57,461 bases of DNA from a virus. Taxonomy: Duplodnaviria > Caudoviricetes. Position 1 is the first letter of the stretch. Every line of letters begins with the position of its first letter. The DNA lies in IMG/VR virus record IMGVR_UViG_3300036987_000087, positions 1 through 57,461 of that record; one strand, written 5' to 3'. Positions 25,770 through 34,518 of the stretch are shown here, piece by piece. Under the pieces are notes generated by a model. That model worked only from the letters and a program-made list of their open reading frames with translations, had not been told where the DNA came from and made no database searches. The position numbers were made by a program, and so were the translations under genes.

Positions 25770-25889
25770 GTAATGTTCCTTTCTAGGGTGCGTTGCTAAT
25801 TTCAGGGCCGAGGCGGTTGCACCCGCTTTCGGCCCTCCTGCTTTTCCGGGCAGGTCGCCCGCCACCGTTGCCGATGACGGGAAAGCTGC

Positions 25890-26042
25890 TCAGTTGGTCC
25901 GCTTCCGCTCCTTGAGCGCTGCATCGACCCAGCCACGGACGTGATGCTGTCCCCATCGGCTGACCTCTGCAGGCACCTCGACACCGTGCTTTTGGGCTCG
26001 GGCGAGCTGCGTAACGAGACCCTTCTCAACTGCGACTTCCAT
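25890..26042 (-). CDS. 50-aa hypothetical protein (below the ORF track cutoff)
   Basis: GGAG SD, MEVAVEKGLV...KERKRTN*. Confidence 0.6.
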   Translation of the reverse strand: MEVAVEKGLVTQLARAQKHGVEVPAEVSRWGQHHVRGWVDAALKERKRTN

Positions 26043-26063
26043 GGTGGTCACTCCGTTTGTAGT

Positions 26064-26130
26064 GGCCTCATCAGTCCCGGCTTTACCGGGAGACCATCGC
26101 CGCCCCTTTTGAGACGGCTAGGTTTCGGCC
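26064..26130 (-). ncRNA. Type II hammerhead ribozyme
   Basis: Minus strand: GGCC GAAAC C..GCCGUCUC-AAAA-GGGGCGGC..G GUC UCCCGG-UAAAG-CCGGGA CUGAUGA GGCC; complete core and stems I-III. Confidence 0.88.
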
Positions 26131-26340
26131 TTAATCCTCAATTTCGTCGTCCTCTTCTTCGTCCAGCGTCTCCACAAGTGCCGCGATGGCCTGCTCTGCT
26201 ACGGACTTGGCGGTATCGAAGTCGCCTAGGCGCTGCAGGTCGGCAATGACACGGAATGCAGAGATGAGGTCATTGCGTTGGTCGTTGTCGAGGTCGGCGG
26301 CGAGGGTCTTGATCTTTTCGGTGAGCATTGCTTTCTCCAT
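26131..26340 (-). CDS. Small acidic hypothetical protein (start may be 26328)
   Basis: ORF whose TAA abuts the ribozyme; first gene after the promoter. Confidence 0.7.
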   Translation of the reverse strand: MEKAMLTEKIKTLAADLDNDQRNDLISAFRVIADLQRLGDFDTAKSVAEQAIAALVETLDEEEDDEIED

Positions 26341-26359
26341 GTGTTTCCAGCGCTTGGCT

Positions 26360-26420
26360 GATACATTAAATGTAATACATTAATTACCGCAATTCAACAT
26401 CAGACACATCAGTCAAGCCC
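26360..26420 (-). promoter_or_regulatory. Promoter with operator-like repeats
   Basis: Minus strand TTGAAT-N17-TACATT (26397..26369); ATACATTAA twice and ACATCAG twice. Confidence 0.6.
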
Positions 26421-26479
26421 CTTTTGCCATCACATTTTCGTGAATTGTGTGATTTTAGTAATACGGCTACGCATTGTGT

Positions 26480-26698
26480 ATGGCCAAGCCATCAAAACGC
26501 GGCCCTGGGCGGCCCCAAATCGCTGAGGAAGATCGGCTGATAGTGAAGCCGATGCGCCTGTCACAATCAGAAATCGACGAGATCGAAGCTCTGAGGCGGG
26601 AGGTCGGGGATAGTTCCCTCGGCGCCCCCGCATGGTCTACTGTGGCCAGGGGCTTGATCCGTGAGGCGCTGGACCGGCGGAAAGGGAAGCGCAAATGA
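26480..26698 (+). CDS. Ribbon-helix-helix regulator
   Basis: RGPGRP...PMRLSQSEIDEIEALR...STVARGLIREAL. Confidence 0.75.
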   Translation: MAKPSKRGPGRPQIAEEDRLIVKPMRLSQSEIDEIEALRREVGDSSLGAPAWSTVARGLIREALDRRKGKRK

Positions 26699-27033
26699 TC
26701 CGCTACGCTGCCGCCCTCATCATTCTGGCCTCGCCGGCGATGGCTGGTCAGTGGACGGTGAGCAGTGACGGCGTTGCAGCCTGCATATCGCAGGAGGTCG
26801 CAGAGAAGGTCGCCAAGCTCCGAGCCGAGCAGGATTTCGAGGCGGCAGCCAAGCTGCTAGGTCCGCTCATGCTGTTCGGGCAGTGCATACTGCTGACCCG
26901 GGGCGAGACGCTGAATGGCGATCTAGTGCCGAACGGATGGCCTATGGCCTGGGGATCGCAGTGGGTATCATTCAGGCGTAAAGGCAACCCGGCAGACTAT
27001 ATCGTGGCCAAGAGCGGACTGGAGCAGCGATGA
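26695..27033 (+). CDS. Secreted hypothetical protein
   Basis: Signal peptide MIRYAAALIILASPAMA; two Cys. Confidence 0.7.
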   Translation: MIRYAAALIILASPAMAGQWTVSSDGVAACISQEVAEKVAKLRAEQDFEAAAKLLGPLMLFGQCILLTRGETLNGDLVPNGWPMAWGSQWVSFRRKGNPADYIVAKSGLEQR

Positions 27034-27254
27034 GCGAGGATGATCATATCGTGATCGACGGCCAGTGTGCGAAACTCGTCCCAACGGCAGAGTTCAGATG
27101 GCTCCAGCTCACCGAGCCGCACTGGTCAGGCAAGCTGGTAGAGCCTGCCAGACTCCAGCAAAAGTGGACCGCAAGGGGCTTGGTAACGAGCGAGCACCGC
27201 TGGCGTGATGTGCCAGTCGTGACCGTGGCCAAGGATAAGCTGGAGGCACAGTAG
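27030..27254 (+). CDS. Hypothetical protein
   Basis: RLQQKW...WRDVPVV; coupled. Confidence 0.65.
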   Translation: MSEDDHIVIDGQCAKLVPTAEFRWLQLTEPHWSGKLVEPARLQQKWTARGLVTSEHRWRDVPVVTVAKDKLEAQ

Positions 27255-27477
27255 ATGGCCATGGTGGAGGTTCAGATCGAGTGGAAGTCGCCGCAACGTC
27301 ACGTGAAAGCGGTCATGTTGAGCGAGGAGGACGCGCGCGCCATAGAGTGCGCTCAACGGTGTTGATGGCGGGATGGGGTGGGTTTCCATCATGGTCCTCA
27401 GCGAGCCATCGGGAAACGCTGATCCGGTCGAGTAAATGTTTCACACCGTGAAACAGTATAGAGCCTAGGAGGCTGGA

Positions 27478-27642
27478 ATGCTCACGAAGTTGCTCTGCGC
27501 ATTGGGGTGGCACTCATGGCTCTGGCACGAGAGCCATCGAGGTGGTGTGATCGAGCACGAAGGGTGGTGCCGCCACTGCGGCGACTATCACGATCCCGCA
27601 CGTCAGCGCCTGTTGCCTGAAAACCACGCGGCAGAACGATGA
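27478..27642 (+). CDS. Small DUF1660-like Cys/His protein
   Basis: LLCALGWHSW...CRHCG; AGGAGG SD. Confidence 0.55.
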   Translation: MLTKLLCALGWHSWLWHESHRGGVIEHEGWCRHCGDYHDPARQRLLPENHAAER

Positions 27643-27722
27643 CGACATTGCGGCGGTTTCAGGATTGCACGGCCGAGCAAATCACCACAAAAGTATATCG
27701 TGGTCACTAGATAGGTCGAAAC

Positions 27723-27748
27723 GGCGCCGAGAGGGCGCCTTTTTTATT
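27723..27748 (+). terminator. Terminator at the head of the late operon (tR'-like)
   Basis: GGCGCC-GAGAG-GGCGCC TTTTTT shortly after the promoter-like ttgcac...aaaagtatat. Confidence 0.7.
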
Positions 27749-27882
27749 GCCCCGGCCGCCAGAAACCCAAGACATTTCCGAACGCTGCCCCGCTCGCTCG
27801 TAAGACGGCGCGCCAGACACCCGCATCAGTGAACTTACACAAGCGGCGCTAGCCTGATCGGCGGCGAGGCGGCTCTATTTCC

Positions 27883-28113
27883 ATGGTTGCGCACATGACC
27901 GAACCAGAGGTGCAGAACTTCAAGGCGACGCATCGCTATGCCGATGACCGGCCGGGTCAGTATGTGTGCAGCTACTCGTTCGACTACCGAGGCGCGCCTT
28001 ACGTGCTCAACCACGAATGCAACAACCCTGAGAACGGGCGCCGAGTGCTGGAGGCCCGATACGCCAGCATCATCGACCCGCCGACGCAGGCAAAGCGCAA
28101 GAGGGCAGCATGA
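27883..28113 (+). CDS. Hypothetical protein
   Basis: First ORF of the late operon; coupled to the next gene. Confidence 0.6.
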   Translation: MVAHMTEPEVQNFKATHRYADDRPGQYVCSYSFDYRGAPYVLNHECNNPENGRRVLEARYASIIDPPTQAKRKRAA

Positions 28114-28352
28114 TCAGTCGCCGTTCCATTCTGGGCTTTCTGGGCATGGCGCCGGCAGCCGCTGTCGCCGCCCATCTGCCGGTTGCCGAGGCGCCGAAGG
28201 CTGACTTACCGGTCGAGCCCTGGACGAACTATGGGGCAGTGATCGACAGCAACGGGCGCGTAATTGGCCACATAAGCATCGACGCCGTCGATCTCTCAGC
28301 CATCACCGCAGACCTCGGGACGGTTCAAGCCGGCCTCATGAGCGCAGCATGA
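28110..28352 (+). CDS. Small protein with twin-arginine signal
   Basis: MISRRSILGFLGMAPAAAVAA. Confidence 0.65.
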   Translation: MISRRSILGFLGMAPAAAVAAHLPVAEAPKADLPVEPWTNYGAVIDSNGRVIGHISIDAVDLSAITADLGTVQAGLMSAA

Positions 28353-28537
28353 GGGGCGTCGTTGTGACCCTGGACGGAAAGCCAGTCCGGTGGGTCGATA
28401 GTTTCGACACCGAGCGCGGCTACGTCACGGTGGTCAAGCGTGACGCTGCGGGCAAGCTCATCAAGTCCGCCAATGGCGAGCGGGTCGAAACCGAGACGCT
28501 GCGCGGCGTCGTTCATGCGAGTGCCAGACTGGAATGA
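28349..28537 (+). CDS. Hypothetical protein
   Basis: Coupled ORF. Confidence 0.65.
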   Translation: MRGVVVTLDGKPVRWVDSFDTERGYVTVVKRDAAGKLIKSANGERVETETLRGVVHASARLE

Positions 28538-28746
28538 TCCTCAAGGTATCCAATCGCCGCTATAGGCAACTCACCGCTGGAAAGGTTCCAGGGGAGGTTT
28601 ACGACCGCGAACGCCGCTGCTTGGTGAAGGGTGGCCATGCTGAGGCAACCCCAGTCGACACCGCTCGCATGGAACGCGCCAAGGCCAAGCGTGACCGCAA
28701 GGCTGCGAAGGTGGCGAAGATCAACCCGGCGTGCTTTGCCGCATGA
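28534..28746 (+). CDS. Basic hypothetical protein
   Basis: Coupled ORF. Confidence 0.55.
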   Translation: MILKVSNRRYRQLTAGKVPGEVYDRERRCLVKGGHAEATPVDTARMERAKAKRDRKAAKVAKINPACFAA

Positions 28747-29195
28747 GCAACAAGCTCACCGCGAAGCAGGAGGCCTTCTGTCAGGCACTCGTCGAGACTG
28801 GCTCTGCGTCAGAGGCGTACCGTATTGCCTACGATGCCAAGGACATGAAGCCTGCCACGGTGAACCGGGAAGCGAAAGCACTCACCGATAACCCCAAGAT
28901 CACCACAAGATTGGCGGAGCTACAACGTGGGCACGCCGAGCGCCACGAGATCACGATTGACAGCCTTGTAGGGGAGTTGGAAGAGGCCCGCCTCGCTGCG
29001 ATGCAGAACCCTAGAGGCATCAGCGCTGCGGTCTCAGCGGTGATGGGTAAGGCCAAGCTGCTGGGCCTCGTGACTGAAAAGCACGAGCACACAGGCAGGG
29101 ATGGCGCACCGATCGAGATGACCACCGTCAATCGTGAGATGAGCCCTCAGGAGGCTGCCGAGGCCTATGCAAGGATGATCCGGCCCGATGCTTGA
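28743..29195 (+). CDS. terS: Terminase small subunit
   Basis: LTAKQEAFC...ASEAYRIAY...KAKLLGL...EHTGRDGAPI. Confidence 0.9.
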   Translation: MSNKLTAKQEAFCQALVETGSASEAYRIAYDAKDMKPATVNREAKALTDNPKITTRLAELQRGHAERHEITIDSLVGELEEARLAAMQNPRGISAAVSAVMGKAKLLGLVTEKHEHTGRDGAPIEMTTVNREMSPQEAAEAYARMIRPDA

Positions 29196-29769
29196 GGCAA
29201 CCTGCTCAATCGAGGGCTGCGATAAAACGGCAAGCCGAAAAGGCTGGTGCGTTGCGCACTACACGCGTTGGCGCCGGCACGGCGAGCCGACGGCGGGCGG
29301 GAAGTCGCCTTCCCCTGCGGGGACGCTGGCAGCCTGGATAGCGCAGCACGCCTCGTATGCGGGCAATGAGTGTCTCGACTGGCCATTCGCCAAGACCGAA
29401 AACGGTCGAGGACAGGTAGAGATCGATGGTCGCTGTCATACGGCGGCGAGGATCATGTGTGTCGCGGCTCACGGCGAACCCCCTACCCACAGACACCAAG
29501 CCGCGCACTCCTGCGGCAACGGGTGCGGCGGCTGTGTAAACCCTCGACATCTTTACTGGGCAACCCCAGCCGAGAACGAGGCGGACAAGGCTGAGCACGG
29601 AACGCATCTCTGCGGGGAGCGCGTTGCGACGGCGCGACTGACCGTTGCTGATGTTCATCTGATCCGGAAGGGCAATCAGTCCGTCGAGGTGATGGCTGAA
29701 GTTCTCGGCGTGACGACACAAAACATTAAGCTCGTCCAGCAACGCAAGTCCTGGGCATGGGTGCCGTAG
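29188..29769 (+). CDS. HNH homing endonuclease between terS and terL
   Basis: CSIEGC...HYTRWRRHG; AAHSCGNG...CVNPRHLYWATPAEN. Confidence 0.88.
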   Translation: MLEATCSIEGCDKTASRKGWCVAHYTRWRRHGEPTAGGKSPSPAGTLAAWIAQHASYAGNECLDWPFAKTENGRGQVEIDGRCHTAARIMCVAAHGEPPTHRHQAAHSCGNGCGGCVNPRHLYWATPAENEADKAEHGTHLCGERVATARLTVADVHLIRKGNQSVEVMAEVLGVTTQNIKLVQQRKSWAWVP

Positions 29770-31391
29770 CGGCGTGGCCTCCGGACTATGTTGCCGTCTA
29801 CATGGAACGGCAACAGCGCCTGATGGCCCTTCGCCAGAACGTCAATGGAGGGCGCGAGTTCTACCGAACGCGGCCCGCTGAGTTCATAGAGCACTGGGTT
29901 TCGACTTACGACCCGCGCGCGGCCGGCAGCGATCTACCGACGCACGTCCCGTTCATCCTCTTCAGGCGGCAAAAGGAGATGGTGCAGTTCCTGCTCGCCT
30001 GTCTCGATGGCGAGGGTAGCGGGCTGATTGAGAAATGCCGGGACGTTGGCGCCACGTGGGTCTGCTGCGCATTCTCAGTGTGGCTGTGGCTATTCTGGCC
30101 TGGCGTCGCGGTCGGATGGGGCAGCCGCAAGGAGATACTCGTCGACAAGCTCGGCGACCCGGATAGCATCTTTCAGAAGATGCGCATGATCATCCAGGGA
30201 CTGCCCCGCGAGTTTTGGCCGGCCGGGTTCAGCCCGAAGGACCACATGGGCTACATGAAGATCGTCAATCCGGAGACGGGCGCGACGATCACAGGCGAGG
30301 CTGGAGACAACATCGGCCGCGGCGGACGCAAGCGCATCTACTTCAAGGACGAGAGCGCGCACTATGAGCGGCCTGAATTGATCGAGGCCGCGCTCGGCGA
30401 CAACACCCGCGTTCAGATCGACATCTCCTCCGTCAACGGCATCGGCAACGTATTCTATCGCCGGCGCGAGAGCGGCAAGGATTGGGTGCCCGGCCAAGAG
30501 GTGTCTAAGCGCGTCGCCAACGTGTTCGTGATGGACTGGCGCGACCACCCGGCGAAGAACCAGGAGTGGTTCGACGGCCGGCGTCAGAAAGCGGTCGACG
30601 AAGGTCTGCTGCATCTGTTCGCTCAGGAGGTCGAGCGCAACTACGCTGCGTCGGTCGAGGGTGTGATCATCCCAGCCGAATGGGTCAAGGCAGCGATCGA
30701 CGCGCACGTAAAGCTCGGCTTCACCGACGACGGCCTTTGGGTGGCCGCCCTCGATGTGGCCGACGGCGGCATGGATTCCAATGCGCTGCTGATGCGCAAA
30801 GGCGTGGTGCTCAAGAGCGCTGAGAAGTGGGGCGAGGTCGACACCGGCAAGACGACACGGCGGGCCGTCGCGGCCTGCGAGGGCCACAAGCACATCGAGA
30901 TGCAATACGACTGCATCGGTGTCGGTGCGGGCGTCAAGGCAGAGGCGAACCGGCTCAACGAGGATCCCGAGACGCAGTCAAAGGTTCAGCACATCCGCTT
31001 TGTGCCATGGAATGCAGGCGCTACCGTTCTCGATCCGGACGAGCACATTATCCCTGACGATCAGAACACGCCGCTGAACAAAGACTTCTTCGGCAACTTC
31101 AAGGCTCAGGCATGGTGGGCTGTGCGGCGGCGGTTTGAAAAGACCTATCGCGCCATCCACGAGGACATTGCCTATCCGGCTGACGAGATGATCAGTCTGC
31201 CGTCCGATTTGCCGCTGTTGCGCGAGCTTGAGAAAGAATTGAGCCAGCCGACCCGCGATAGGGACGGACGAATGCGCCTCATCGTCGACAAGACACCTGA
31301 GGGCACGCGCTCCCCCAATCTCGCAGACGCGCTGGTGATGCTTTACTTCCCGGCTCCGTGTGGGCCGCTGCCGCTAGAACTCTGGGTCTGA
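29757..31391 (+). CDS. terL: Terminase large subunit
   Basis: EKCRDVGATW, GRGGR, FKDESA, LDVADGG, SPNLADAL. Confidence 0.92.
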   Translation: MGAVAAWPPDYVAVYMERQQRLMALRQNVNGGREFYRTRPAEFIEHWVSTYDPRAAGSDLPTHVPFILFRRQKEMVQFLLACLDGEGSGLIEKCRDVGATWVCCAFSVWLWLFWPGVAVGWGSRKEILVDKLGDPDSIFQKMRMIIQGLPREFWPAGFSPKDHMGYMKIVNPETGATITGEAGDNIGRGGRKRIYFKDESAHYERPELIEAALGDNTRVQIDISSVNGIGNVFYRRRESGKDWVPGQEVSKRVANVFVMDWRDHPAKNQEWFDGRRQKAVDEGLLHLFAQEVERNYAASVEGVIIPAEWVKAAIDAHVKLGFTDDGLWVAALDVADGGMDSNALLMRKGVVLKSAEKWGEVDTGKTTRRAVAACEGHKHIEMQYDCIGVGAGVKAEANRLNEDPETQSKVQHIRFVPWNAGATVLDPDEHIIPDDQNTPLNKDFFGNFKAQAWWAVRRRFEKTYRAIHEDIAYPADEMISLPSDLPLLRELEKELSQPTRDRDGRMRLIVDKTPEGTRSPNLADALVMLYFPAPCGPLPLELWV

Positions 31392-31399
31392 GGTCACGC

Positions 31400-32908
31400 A
31401 TGAACCTTGAGCGCGTGATCGCCGATAGCTTGACGAACCTCGCCGCCAACATGGCGATCGGCAACAGCAAGATGGCCGCCGACAAGTTCGGCATCCGCTT
31501 CCTGCATGACGGCGAACTCGAGGCGATGTATCGCGGCGAGGGACTTGCCCGCAAAGTGGTGGATCTGCCGGTTGTCGACATGCTGCGCCCTTGGCGGTCC
31601 TGGCAGGCGACGAAAGAGCAGATCGAAGTCATCGAGGAGGCGGAGGAGCGGTGGGAGCTTCAGTCCAAGCTTAAAGAGGCGATGGAGTGGGCTCGTGCGT
31701 TCGGTGGCTCGGCCATCCTCATCGGCGCCGACACCGGCAATCCGACGCTGCCGCTGAACATCAGCTCGATCCGCAAGGGCGGTTTGAAGTACCTAACCAC
31801 GCTGCAGAAGTGGGAGGTGCAGCCGTCCGAGCCGAACCTTGATCCAGTGTCGCCCTTCTTTCGTCAGCCGCGCTACTACACAATCAGCGCCCCGACGACG
31901 GGATCGATCGAGGTCCACCCTTCACGGATTATCCGCTTCATTGGGAAGCCGCGTCCGGACACCCGCACCAACCCAGATGGCTGGGGCGACAGCATCCTGC
32001 AGGTTGTTTACTCCGCCTTGCATGCGGCTGCGCTCTCGCACACGGGCATCGCTGAGTTGATCCACGAGGCCAAGGTCGACGTCATCAACTACAAGGGCCT
32101 CAGTCAGGCGCTCTCCACACCGCAAGGTACTGAGTGGGTGATCAAGCGTTTCCAGACCGCAAGCATGCTCAAGAGCACCAACAACACGCTGTTGCTCGAC
32201 GAAGGCGATACCCACAACCGCACCCAGACGACCTTCGCCGGGCTGCCTGATGTGCTGATGACCTTCCTGCAGGTCGTCGCCGGCGTCTCCGACATCCCGC
32301 TGACCCGATTGCTCGGGACGTCCGCCAAGGGACTAAATGCTACCGGCGAGGGTGACGAGAAGAACTATCACGAGATGCTCGACAGCCTCCGCACCTACGA
32401 CCTGCGCCCTAAGCTTAAAATCCTCGACGAGGTGCTGTGGCGCGACGCGACCGGAGCGATGCCGAAGGACGTCTATTTTGAGTTCGGCCCGCTGTCTCAG
32501 ATGACGGCAACGGAGAAAGCGGCGCTTGCGAAGACGAAGGCTGAGACGGCGCAGATCCACGTCAACCTCGCGATCATGCCAGAGGAGTCGCTGGCTGAGG
32601 GCATCGTCAATTCGCTAATCGAGGACGGGACATATCCTGGGCTTGAAGCCGCCATCGAGGAAGAGGTCGGCGAGGATGGCGAATTGATCCCCGAGGATCC
32701 ACACTCAGATCTGGAGCTCGAACGCGGCCATGCTGAGCTTCAAGCTATCAAAAATGCTCCCAAAGGGAAGGCAAAGGCGGCAGATCGTGCTTCGCCCCGT
32801 GCTCCCGACCCAGGCATTCGAGATCGACTTGCTGACGACGCTGAATGGCTGCGTCAAGTCTATGTTGACCTGGACGCGCGCCAACGTGTTGGAGGTGGTT
32901 CGGGCTGA
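31400..32908 (+). CDS. Portal protein (DUF1073-like)
   Basis: ARKVVD...ARAFGGS...HPSRIIRF...IPLTRLLGTSAKGLNATGEGD; follows terL. Confidence 0.9.
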   Translation: MNLERVIADSLTNLAANMAIGNSKMAADKFGIRFLHDGELEAMYRGEGLARKVVDLPVVDMLRPWRSWQATKEQIEVIEEAEERWELQSKLKEAMEWARAFGGSAILIGADTGNPTLPLNISSIRKGGLKYLTTLQKWEVQPSEPNLDPVSPFFRQPRYYTISAPTTGSIEVHPSRIIRFIGKPRPDTRTNPDGWGDSILQVVYSALHAAALSHTGIAELIHEAKVDVINYKGLSQALSTPQGTEWVIKRFQTASMLKSTNNTLLLDEGDTHNRTQTTFAGLPDVLMTFLQVVAGVSDIPLTRLLGTSAKGLNATGEGDEKNYHEMLDSLRTYDLRPKLKILDEVLWRDATGAMPKDVYFEFGPLSQMTATEKAALAKTKAETAQIHVNLAIMPEESLAEGIVNSLIEDGTYPGLEAAIEEEVGEDGELIPEDPHSDLELERGHAELQAIKNAPKGKAKAADRASPRAPDPGIRDRLADDAEWLRQVYVDLDARQRVGGGSG

Positions 32909-33986
32909 GAAGGTTTGGGCGCAGGTCGGCCTCATCGAGATCGAGGTGATGCCGGTCGATCACGTCGAGGCTCTCGTCAGGAAGCAGGCCGACGACGCCG
33001 GCGAGCGTGCTCGATCCATTATCGACGCGCTGAGGCGGCAGGCCGAAGTCTACGCCGCACAAGCCGAAACCCGCGCCCGCGCTGCGATCGCTGCGGAGGG
33101 TGGACGCCACACGCGCAATTGGACGGCTGCGGTCAAGGCCGGAACGCAGATCGACGTCGCTAAGTTGCTGGCTGATGACGATCTGGTGCAGCTGCTCTCG
33201 GTGAAGTCGGAGGAGTTCGTCGGCCTCATCAAGAACCTGACGGAGGACATGGCCTACCGCATCAACCGTGAGGTGCTCGGGTCTATTCTTGAAGGCCGGT
33301 CGAACGCGGACATCGCCAAGGCGCTGACGAACATCGAGGACATCGGGCGCGGCCGAGCAAGGCTCATCGCTCGGGACCAGGCCAACAAGCTGAACGGGGC
33401 CATGAACCGCTTCAGGCAGGAGCAGGCTGGCATAACTCATTTTAAGTGGAAGACGATCATCGACGGCCGGCAGCGCGACAGTCACGGCGCTCGTGACAAC
33501 AAGATTTACCCGTGGGACGCCCCGCCGAGCGGTGAGATCCCGGGCGGCCCAATCAACTGCCGGTGCCGCGCATTGGCCGTCCTCATCGATACGCCAGAGG
33601 ATGCCGCAGAGTTTGGTGCCGAGGGTGATCCAGAGGATCCGTTCGACCCGAGTAGCGAGGGGCTGATCGATACCGTCGCCGGCACGATGGGCGAGAACGT
33701 CTTTGCGATGAACCGAGAAGCCGCGCTGATCCGACAGGCCGAAGCGCGTAAGGCAAGAGACATCATCGAGGCCGCAAGGAAGGCGGCAGAGTTCACCGAG
33801 GCCGACGCAGAGGCGCTGTTCGAGCGCGTGTTCGGCTTCTCGCCTGAAGGCCAGGACTTGGCCCGCATGTCGGGCTCAAACGCACTCATCACCCGGTATC
33901 GGTCGCTTCTATTCGCTGCGATCCAGCAACGCATATCGACGATTGAAGAACTTGCCGAGCACGCTGCCGCTACGGCTTCAAACTAG
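32730..33986 (+). CDS. Minor head protein (Mu gpF/SPP1 gp7 family)
   Basis: RARLIARDQANKLN...W...DGRQRDSH...PGGPINCRC. Confidence 0.85.
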   Translation: MLSFKLSKMLPKGRQRRQIVLRPVLPTQAFEIDLLTTLNGCVKSMLTWTRANVLEVVRAEKVWAQVGLIEIEVMPVDHVEALVRKQADDAGERARSIIDALRRQAEVYAAQAETRARAAIAAEGGRHTRNWTAAVKAGTQIDVAKLLADDDLVQLLSVKSEEFVGLIKNLTEDMAYRINREVLGSILEGRSNADIAKALTNIEDIGRGRARLIARDQANKLNGAMNRFRQEQAGITHFKWKTIIDGRQRDSHGARDNKIYPWDAPPSGEIPGGPINCRCRALAVLIDTPEDAAEFGAEGDPEDPFDPSSEGLIDTVAGTMGENVFAMNREAALIRQAEARKARDIIEAARKAAEFTEADAEALFERVFGFSPEGQDLARMSGSNALITRYRSLLFAAIQQRISTIEELAEHAAATASN

Positions 33987-34001
33987 CAAAGGGATATTGC
34001 C

Positions 34002-34499
34002 ATGGGCCTTTCCGCCAAGCTCAAAGCGACTGCCGACCTTCGCCTGACCGGCGCTCCCGACCTCGGGACTGTCGAGTGGAAGTACCCAGGGCATAACCCG
34101 CTCGACCTCGCCAACGGCTCTGGAAATTATCAGGCCTCAAAAATTTACATGGACACCAAGTCCATCGCAGCATCTTCGAGCGAGGATCTCGACCTCGCTG
34201 GCTCGCTGGTCAATCCGCTCGGTGCCGCGGTGGTGTTCGCTACCATCAAGGCCATTATCATCAAGGCAGCTGACACTAACGTGAACAACGTCGTCATCGG
34301 CGGTGCATCGGCCACGCAGTTTCAAGGCCCGTTCGGTGCGGTCGAAGACACGATTGCCATCCCGCCCGGTGGTCAGTTCATGATCTCTGCTCCGAAGACG
34401 GGGTGGGCTGTCACGGGCGGCTCGACTGACCTGCTGAAGCTGGCCAACAGCTCCTCGGGCTCGGCGGTTGTGTTCGACGTAATTATTTTAGGTACTTGA
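34002..34499 (+). CDS. Hypothetical virion-associated protein
   Basis: Beta-rich 165-aa ORF with SD, in the head module. Confidence 0.65.
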   Translation: MGLSAKLKATADLRLTGAPDLGTVEWKYPGHNPLDLANGSGNYQASKIYMDTKSIAASSSEDLDLAGSLVNPLGAAVVFATIKAIIIKAADTNVNNVVIGGASATQFQGPFGAVEDTIAIPPGGQFMISAPKTGWAVTGGSTDLLKLANSSSGSAVVFDVIILGT

Positions 34500-34518
34500 G
34501 GCACATCGCGAGGTCGGC

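Noticed and set aside
31400-32908. Possible anti-CBASS Acb1 label for the DUF1073-like protein
   Set aside because: Size, motifs and position after terL indicate a portal; no separate phosphoesterase domain seen
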